From a virus: DNA of 46,127 bases. Made by a program: the position numbers and the translations under genes. Of this stretch, positions 40,836 to 46,127 are shown piece by piece (within the stretch, counting starts at the first letter, position 1; the number at the start of each line of letters is the position of its first letter). The notes under the pieces were generated by a model. It was not told the DNA's origin and searched no databases. It saw nothing but the letters and a program-made list of their open reading frames with translations. The stretch is taken from IMG/VR virus record IMGVR_UViG_3300048592_000656, one strand, 5' to 3'.

Positions 40836-40911
40836 CCTGATCTCGCAAACGCAACCTGACCTGACCAGACTAGCTCATATGCCACAGGATATCCCCCTGA
40901 GGGGACCCTGA

Positions 40912-41133
40912 TTAGAACCGGTGGCGGAGAGATTCGTATACTGCCTGAATTCGCTGGCTGATTCCCTGGCAGAAATCGTCGTCGTCGATCTCATCCAGGG
41001 TCTCATCGATGAGTTCGTTGAGATTTGCGTGGGCAGTTCTTAGACCGTTCTCGGTCCAATCATCCCCGACGTGGAGGAGTTGCTCGAGAGCGGAAGTGCA
41101 GTGTTCGACGAATCGCTTGTTGGCTGAGTCCAT
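40912..41133 (-). CDS. Small acidic helical protein (73 aa)
   Basis: ATG 41133 with a GGAGGG SD, 4 nt after the upstream stop. MDSANKRFVEH...ETLDEIDDDDF. Confidence 0.55.
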   Translation of the reverse strand: MDSANKRFVEHCTSALEQLLHVGDDWTENGLRTAHANLNELIDETLDEIDDDDFCQGISQRIQAVYESLRHRF

Positions 41134-41137
41134 TCTG

Positions 41138-41389
41138 TTACCCTCCAATGATGAAGTTGGATTGTGTGGTGAGGATGTGTACGGTAGCATCCTCAGATCC
41201 CGGATCGATCAGAGCGTTGACGGTGCCCTGATCGTTGAATTCGATCCTGAGGAGATACATTTCAGAGTCGGGGGACCTGAATATCTCGTATGAGGAGATT
41301 CCCCATTCGGGATTGAGCTTGACGGGATGAGATTCAGTCCAGTACGCGATACGTTCGATCGCTTGCTGGATCGTATCGTTTCGTTCCAT
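41138..41389 (-). CDS. Hypothetical protein (83 aa), first gene of a leftward two-gene operon
   Basis: ORF track. GGGGG SD-like sequence upstream, and the promoter-like motif 43 nt upstream. Confidence 0.6.
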   Translation of the reverse strand: MERNDTIQQAIERIAYWTESHPVKLNPEWGISSYEIFRSPDSEMYLLRIEFNDQGTVNALIDPGSEDATVHILTTQSNFIIGG

Positions 41390-41431
41390 GATGAGACCCC
41401 CTTCGCGCGTCGTTCGTTCGACGCGATACGA

Positions 41432-41444
41432 ACGATATCTCAGG
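41432..41444 (-). promoter_or_regulatory. Promoter-like motif CCTGAGATATCGT (minus strand)
   Basis: The minus strand reads caCCTGAGATATCGTtcgtatcgcgtcgaacgaacgacgcg. Its downstream end is 43 nt from ATG 41389. Confidence 0.55.
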
Positions 41445-41465
41445 TGTAATCAAAAGTAAATATCC

Positions 41466-41484
41466 TGAGAAAATTATTTTCTCA
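41466..41484. promoter_or_regulatory. Perfect 19-bp palindrome TGAGAAAAT-T-ATTTTCTCA (operator candidate)
   Basis: 9-bp arms around one central base. Lies in the divergent region between the leftward (41432) and rightward (41603) promoter-like motifs. The half-site resembles the TTCTCA iteron core. Confidence 0.6.
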
Positions 41485-41602
41485 AGCAGGCCCCATCTGT
41501 GCGGGCCTGACTAGTCCTGACCCTAAGAGGCTCTCTCTCATGGGCGGCCTGACCTGACCTGCGGAGAATTGTGGGAGAACAAGTACCCACATCCTGCTCA
41601 GG

Positions 41603-41615
41603 CCTGTGATATAAT
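41603..41615 (+). promoter_or_regulatory. Promoter-like motif CCTGTGATATAAT (-10 TATAAT 41610-41615)
   Basis: Rightward, in the divergent intergenic region. ATG 41624 begins 8 nt after the -10. Confidence 0.55.
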
Positions 41616-41623
41616 ACCTGTCG

Positions 41624-41908
41624 ATGGCCAGATCTCTCGACCTTACGATCCGCACCTGTCCTGAGATGCCCCTTTCTCAGGTGGGCTTGCCGGATAACGC
41701 GCGTAAGATTCAGGTGCCGGCTCCTCAGGCCCCGCACCCCCAGGCGGAATCATTCTCAGCCGTTCTCACGCGCGCAAGCTCGTTCTCGGTTCACAGTCCA
41801 TTCTCGCGCTCCCTCGTTCTCGGAAAACCTGACCTGCCTTCAGGTAAAAGACTATTCTCGGTAGAGCCCCTATGCGAAACCCGTGCCAACAATCTTAAAC
41901 TGGACTGA
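41624..41908 (+). CDS. Doubtful ORF (94 aa) overlying iteron cluster 2
   Basis: ORF track. A leaderless-type ATG sits 8 nt after a -10. However the product is low-complexity Pro/Ser-rich, and its repeated FS dipeptides come from the TTCTC repeats. Confidence 0.25.
   Translation: MARSLDLTIRTCPEMPLSQVGLPDNARKIQVPAPQAPHPQAESFSAVLTRASSFSVHSPFSRSLVLGKPDLPSGKRLFSVEPLCETRANNLKLD
41752..41861 (+). repeat. Iteron cluster 2: six direct (A/G)TTCTC(A/G)(C/G) copies
   Basis: Copies start at 41752, 41762, 41782, 41800, 41816 and 41854, in the same orientation as cluster 1. Confidence 0.8.
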
Positions 41909-41933
41909 AAAATTATTATCACCGGATAAATAA

Positions 41934-41946
41934 CCTGTGATATCGT
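41934..41946 (+). promoter_or_regulatory. Promoter-like motif CCTGTGATATCGT heading a 520-nt ORF-free stretch
   Basis: Same motif class as the two leftward copies. The next convincing CDS starts at 42466. Confidence 0.45.
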
Positions 41947-42465
41947 TACGACGATCGAATAACGTGATCGTAGGACTCAGGAAGCTGATACGACGTTCGC
42001 GTTCGGGAGAATCGCCCTCATACAGGCTTCTCTCCCCTCGTTACGATCTTTGACACCACTGACGTACCCACGCTTCGTCGCGCCTCTCAGGATACGACCG
42101 GGGCTAGCGAACCCCGTTACGATCTAAGAGTCGACGATGGCCCACGTCAGTGACAGCCGGTACGCGATAACGCGATACCCCGACGTTTCCGCCCACGCTC
42201 CCAAGCTCCCGCACCTCACTACGCAGCGTTCACGTAGATGAGATAAACGTCGCGCAGTCATCGCCTCTTACGCTACCCCATACACGCTGGAAGTTTCCTT
42301 TCTTCTTCCCCATCGACGACGAGATGAGAAGACAGTTCTCGCTCGTAGTCGAAACTGAGGGGCACGTTCTTCACAGTCTGGTAACCCGGACACCGAGTCC
42401 GTAGCCCCTTAGTTAGCGGGACTTGACCTACCCGCTCTGAAGATGACAGGTCAATCGAAAGGGGA

Positions 42466-42801
42466 ATGAAGATGGAAGACAATGCCAAGGAAACCACCGA
42501 CAAGGTGATGAAGGATTCCGCTCTCTGCGAGAACGAGATCCTTCTCATCAACGAGATGCGCGGAAGACACGCACTCACGATGCGACATCAGGGAAAGGGG
42601 AAACCCACCTCCCTCCTCGTCACGATCCGAGTCACGGTCTTCCCCCACGCAAATCAGGACCCGGTAGCGACATTCAGCTCGTTCTTTCAGAACAATCTGG
42701 TTCTCGCTGCCATCGGTGATCCCCGGATCGCAACGAACTCGAGGCTCCGTCCCGAGATCGAGATCGTGAAGGTGGGGACGGCAAGGAAGACTGACCGATG
42801 A
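42466..42801 (+). CDS. Hypothetical protein (111 aa)
   Basis: ORF track. AAGGGGA SD. No motif. Confidence 0.55.
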   Translation: MKMEDNAKETTDKVMKDSALCENEILLINEMRGRHALTMRHQGKGKPTSLLVTIRVTVFPHANQDPVATFSSFFQNNLVLAAIGDPRIATNSRLRPEIEIVKVGTARKTDR

Positions 42802-43052
42802 AGTCAATCCAAGCCGACGACTACCCGAAGAGGGAGGGTCGATACCCCATCGATGCATACGGATTCATCGTCCGATGCAAAGAGGAACTCAACGACGATC
42901 AAGCGGAGATCCTCACCGAGGAGATCGAAGAAGCTGTTTCAGATGCGTTCTACAACTTCAAAAGAAGCGTGGAACACATCGGCAAGCAGCACAACCTCGA
43001 TCTCAAGGTCACGATCGATGCCGGTGACAACATCGAAATGGAGCTCTTCTAA
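42798..43052 (+). CDS. Hypothetical acidic protein (84 aa)
   Basis: ORF track. 4-nt overlap upstream and a 1-nt overlap downstream. Confidence 0.6.
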   Translation: MKSIQADDYPKREGRYPIDAYGFIVRCKEELNDDQAEILTEEIEEAVSDAFYNFKRSVEHIGKQHNLDLKVTIDAGDNIEMELF

Positions 43053-43393
43053 TGAATGGAATCACATACTGGCTGGGTGAACTCCCCGTCCGATGCGATC
43101 TCTGTTCTCAGAAGATCCAAGACATCGGCGAGTTCATGGATGCACGGACGAAGATGGGGATGTGGGGCACACTCTGTCCCAAGTGCCACGACCGCTATGG
43201 CGTGGGTCTTGGGCCCGGGCGAGGCCAGCACTACAAGCGTACCACCGACCAATCTGGTACCACCAGATACCGAAAGCAGCCTCCCCCGCCTCCGCCTCGT
43301 CCTCCTACCGCTCTCGAGAAGATGACCCGGACGACGACTCCGAAGCGACGAAAGTCTACCGGGATCACGAAGCGGAAGAAAACCGAGGACTGA
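43052..43393 (+). CDS. Zinc-ribbon protein with a Pro-rich basic tail (113 aa)
   Basis: CDLCSQK...CPKCHDRYG (CxxC-x~26-CxxC), then PPPPPPRPP and a Lys/Arg-rich tail. Confidence 0.6.
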   Translation: MNGITYWLGELPVRCDLCSQKIQDIGEFMDARTKMGMWGTLCPKCHDRYGVGLGPGRGQHYKRTTDQSGTTRYRKQPPPPPPRPPTALEKMTRTTTPKRRKSTGITKRKKTED

Positions 43394-43538
43394 ATCCGAG
43401 ATGAGGTAAGCACCCGGGGAGGTCATATGCTCTAGGAAAACAGGAGGGCTAATCGTAGGTGCGGGGCATCACGCTTAGTCCTCCAATTTTCCTGGGACAA
43501 CAAACCACACACCAGGAAATGGGGAAAGGAGAACAACC

Positions 43539-43928
43539 ATGCGAACCCGCGCACGCGCGGCCGTTGCAGCAACCAAGGCAGCGACCAAACAGTCGCTTCC
43601 CGCTGCAAATTCCGCGCCTCAACCGGTTCCCATCATCGTCGAGGAGGTTCCGGACAACCCGGCCACCGCCCCCCGACGGAGAATGAGAAGGCAAGAGCTG
43701 GAAGACGCGATCGTCACCACGATCCCGATCATCAGGCGACAACGCCTACATCCCACACAAGGGTCCATCGCACGGGCCCTCGATCAGGATGTCTTCCAGG
43801 TGAGACAGGCTCTACGTCGTCTTCGACGGCGACAGAGAATCTGCTTCACCCTGAAGGAGATCGTTCCGAATCGTCAAACCCGGGTCTACTTCCTGCCCTC
43901 GAAGAAGAAGACCCCAACCAATGAATGA
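43539..43928 (+). CDS. Winged-helix DNA-binding protein (129 aa), paralogue of the island gene 39192..39599
   Basis: GGAAAGGAGA SD. RRQELEDAIVTTIPIIRRQRLHPTQGSIARALDQDVFQVRQALRRLRRRQRICFTLKEIVPNRQTRVYFL. Confidence 0.6.
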   Translation: MRTRARAAVAATKAATKQSLPAANSAPQPVPIIVEEVPDNPATAPRRRMRRQELEDAIVTTIPIIRRQRLHPTQGSIARALDQDVFQVRQALRRLRRRQRICFTLKEIVPNRQTRVYFLPSKKKTPTNE

Positions 43929-44112
43929 CGCCCAGAAACAACGGATCGGGAATCTCTCGTTGATCAGCGCTCTGTTCGTAATCCGGGGCCTCCCGGAGAT
44001 CGAATCATCGGAAGATCTTGACGAACTCATCATCAACTCCGTATCGAGCGCAATCAACATCGAATCGACGGTGATTCAAACCCTCGACGAACTGGAACGA
44101 CGGATGAGCTAA
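43921..44112 (+). CDS. Hypothetical protein (63 aa)
   Basis: ORF track. 8-nt overlap upstream. Confidence 0.5.
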   Translation: MNDAQKQRIGNLSLISALFVIRGLPEIESSEDLDELIINSVSSAINIESTVIQTLDELERRMS

Positions 44113-44202
44113 GCTGAAGGCTCCCGAATGGGCTACCACCCGGTAGTCCATTCATGGGCAATTCAGCCCAACCAGGATAGAAGAAGAGAAAGGAAACGAC
44201 CC

Positions 44203-44430
44203 ATGCGAAACATCAAGGCCACGGTGAAGAAGAACACTCTCCATCTGGAGATCGATCTCTCCACCGTCGTCGATACCAGCGGAGCTGGCAACGACATCAT
44301 CTGTGGCACCAACAACTGGGAGCAGATCGAGCTCCCCGCGGATCACGAACTGTCCGGATTCCGGTACTCGTTCCGTGGGGTGATGGTCCGAAAGGAGGCG
44401 AAGGCGAAGAACCAGAACGCTTCCAAGTAG
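44203..44430 (+). CDS. Hypothetical protein (75 aa)
   Basis: Internal ATG of ORF 44128..44430 with a GAAAGGAAA SD. MRNIKATVKKNTLHLEIDL... Confidence 0.5.
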   Translation: MRNIKATVKKNTLHLEIDLSTVVDTSGAGNDIICGTNNWEQIELPADHELSGFRYSFRGVMVRKEAKAKNQNASK

Positions 44431-44525
44431 TCCCCACTCGATCTGCACACAGATCGAACCGATTCATCCAATCGGTCCCAAAACCTTTGGATGCGCGTAT
44501 CCCAGCGTCGCGTTCGACTGTGCAA

Positions 44526-44545
44526 CCCCCCTATATATAGGGGGG
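44526..44545. promoter_or_regulatory. Perfect 20-bp palindrome CCCCCC-TATATATA-GGGGGG
   Basis: Read directly. Lies in a ~440-nt ORF-free region. TGCACAGC-type repeats flank it at 44546-44553, 44649-44656 and 44660-44667. Confidence 0.9.
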
Positions 44546-44813
44546 TGCACAGCACAGCGACCTGGATCGCATCCGCCGCCCAGTCACAAATCGCGCGACG
44601 CGAATTGCGACACAGGCACCGGATGCAAATTCGATCTCCCCCACGATCATGCACAGCGTTGCACAGCGGCGATTCCCCACCCCGACCTCACAAAACAGGA
44701 AGGGGTGGGTGAACCGCCATTCCGCACACACAACCCGTGTAGGTATCGATAAAGACGGGGGAGAGTTTCGGCCTCGACAACCACACAGGGTTGTCATAGA
44801 ATGGGAGAGTTCA

Positions 44814-44826
44814 GAGAACGGTTCTC
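44814..44826. promoter_or_regulatory. Palindromic iteron pair GAGAAC-G-GTTCTC (operator candidate)
   Basis: 48 nt upstream of ATG 44874. Same hexamer as the two iteron clusters, in inverted arrangement. Confidence 0.55.
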
Positions 44827-44873
44827 CCGTACTCTCTCACTCATCAGAAGAAAAGAAGAGAAGGAAACTTCAC

Positions 44874-45332
<459 letters not shown>

Positions 45333-45393
45333 CGTCGTCGACCCACTCCTCTAGCTCTCCCGGGGTTTCTTCGTCGTTTCACCGGGAGGGCGG

Positions 45394-45436
45394 GGCCGGT
45401 ATCCATCGCGCATTTGGGTACCGGCCCTCTCTTTGC
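45394..45436 (+). terminator. Terminator-like hairpin
   Basis: ggccggta (45394-45401) pairs with taccggcc (45419-45426), followed by ctctctttgc. It is preceded by a second hairpin, ctcccgg...ccgggag. Confidence 0.45.
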
Positions 45437-45444
45437 CTAGAACA

Positions 45445-45481
45445 GGGGGCCTAGCACTAATCCTGCTAGGTCCCCGATTTT
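45445..45481 (+). terminator. Terminator-like hairpin followed by a T-run
   Basis: gggggcctagca (45445-45456) / loop ctaatcc / tgctaggtcccc (45464-45475): a 12-bp stem with one mismatch, followed by gatttta. Confidence 0.55.
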
Positions 45482-45506
45482 AGGACGAAGAGAAAGGAGA
45501 CCGACT

Positions 45507-45674
45507 ATGTGGAAACTGTTCAGCGTGGTGAAGACGGACAGGGGGGCATCGTTTGCTTCCCTGGGCGAATTCTCCACCAAGAGGGAGGCCGTCTCGAAGA
45601 TGGACTCTCTCAGGAAGCCGAAGTCGGCGATCGTCCGCATCGGACGCTCGTACTACTTCGAGACCGCGCAATGA
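45507..45674 (+). CDS. Small hypothetical protein (55 aa)
   Basis: Not in the ORF track (under 60 aa). AAAGGAGA SD 7 nt upstream of ATG 45507. MWKLFSVVKTDRGASFASLGEFSTKREAVSKMDSLRKPKSAIVRIGRSYYFETAQ. ATGA overlap with the next gene. Confidence 0.5.
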   Translation: MWKLFSVVKTDRGASFASLGEFSTKREAVSKMDSLRKPKSAIVRIGRSYYFETAQ

Positions 45675-45877
45675 AGGCCGCGGAGATCAGGAAGATCTTG
45701 GCTCGGGAGTTCAACCTTCCCGAGTCATATGAATTCTTCCACATGGACAAGCGAGAAGGCGAGACTACCGATCAGATGCTCGAACGTCTCTTCGAAGACG
45801 AGAAGCAGATGCATCTTCTTCGTGGAAACGACGACGCTTCTGATGAAGACATCGTCCTCGTTCTCGCTCACGGGTAG
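45671..45877 (+). CDS. Small acidic hypothetical protein (68 aa)
   Basis: Internal ATG of ORF 45509..45877 overlapping the upstream stop (caATGA). MKAAEIRKILAREFNLPESYEFF... Confidence 0.55.
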   Translation: MKAAEIRKILAREFNLPESYEFFHMDKREGETTDQMLERLFEDEKQMHLLRGNDDASDEDIVLVLAHG

Positions 45878-45934
45878 CCGAGAAGGTCTCGGCAGGTAGT
45901 AGTGGAGATTTAACTCAGCGGTTGGCCTCCACTG

Positions 45935-45977
45935 CTATCACTCTAAAGGCCACCACAGGTGGTCTTTAGATTGATAG
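45935..45977 (+). other. Long hairpin (20-bp stem, 3-nt loop) just upstream of the wrap-around gene
   Basis: ctatcactctaaaggccacc / aca / ggtggtctttagattgatag, with one G-T and one C-T mispair. No T-run follows. A shorter hairpin, agtggag...ctccact, lies at 45901-45933. Confidence 0.7.
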
Positions 45978-46000
45978 CATTCCGCTATCAAAACGACGGA

Positions 46001-46127
46001 GACTTCCAGTATGTCAATCATCAAGCTCCACCAGGGTCAGGTCCAGGAGATCCCCTTCAAGCAGGGGGACAATCTCCTGGAGCTCACCAGAAACACGTTC
46101 CACAGCAAGACCTTCACCGTGAGTCAC
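46001..46127. repeat. Terminal direct repeat, copy 2 (exact duplicate of 1-127)
   Basis: Same comparison as copy 1. It contains the 5' end of the CDS annotated at 11..400, so the unique genome is 46000 bp. Confidence 0.97.

Noticed and set aside
42273-42858. Minus-strand ORFs 42273..42578 and 42451..42858.
   Set aside because: They run antisense across the SD-supported rightward genes at 42466..43052 and into the ORF-free region. They have no ribosome-binding site and would break the rightward operon organisation.
45901-45977. A tRNA-like look to agtggagatttaactcagcggttggcctccact (the D-loop-like AACTCAGCGGTTGG).
   Set aside because: Only a single 7-bp stem with a 19-nt loop can be drawn. 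There is no cloverleaf, no T-loop GTTCRANNC and no anticodon arm, and the length is far below ~72 nt. I found no convincing tRNA anywhere in the window.

Overview
The window is a complete, circularly closed tailed dsDNA phage genome of about 46.0 kb. Positions 1-127 are repeated exactly at 46001-46127. It looks like a siphovirus: a 1754-aa tape measure, a G/GT-type chaperone pair, and no sheath gene. I found no tRNA, rRNA, CRISPR array, integrase or transposase.

Layout:
(1) + strand, 11-15283. Small early/regulatory genes come first, then an AEP PrimPol fused to a RecA-like helicase and an XRE-type HTH. A tightly packed nucleotide-metabolism cassette follows: dNMP-kinase-like protein, dimeric-dUTPase-type NTP pyrophosphatase, two tandem ThyA-fold paralogues and dCMP deaminase. 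The module ends with a UDG-family-4::PolA fusion, a Cas4-like exonuclease, a Sak4-like ATPase, an SSB-like acidic-tail protein, VRR-NUC and an SNF2 helicase.
(2) - strand, 38835 down to 15284. This is the late operon: terS, terL, portal, scaffold, capsid, connectors, major tail protein, chaperone with a GGGAAAC -1 frameshift site, tape measure, three tail-tip/fibre genes, then a lysis cassette.
(3) 38.85-46.0 kb. This accessory/regulatory region has a CpG-saturated compositional island encoding a winged-helix paralogue, two clusters of GTTCTCRG iterons, 17-bp and 24-bp tandem arrays, palindromes, small acidic-protein operons and two long ORF-free stretches.

Most interesting hypotheses:
- The nucleotide cassette has the enzyme set of a T4-like hydroxymethyl-pyrimidine pathway. 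By an alignment done by eye, the better-conserved ThyA homologue carries Asp where thymidylate synthase has its uracil-reading Asn. The virion DNA may therefore carry a modified pyrimidine.
- A phage-specific promoter-like motif, CCTGNGATAT(AAT/CGT), recurs at least 7 times. All copies are intergenic and correctly oriented, and several sit 7-11 nt from an ATG, which suggests leaderless mRNAs.
- The repeat-rich region around 39.8-42.5 kb looks like an origin or regulatory switch.

All functional calls come from motif recognition by eye. No database search was run.
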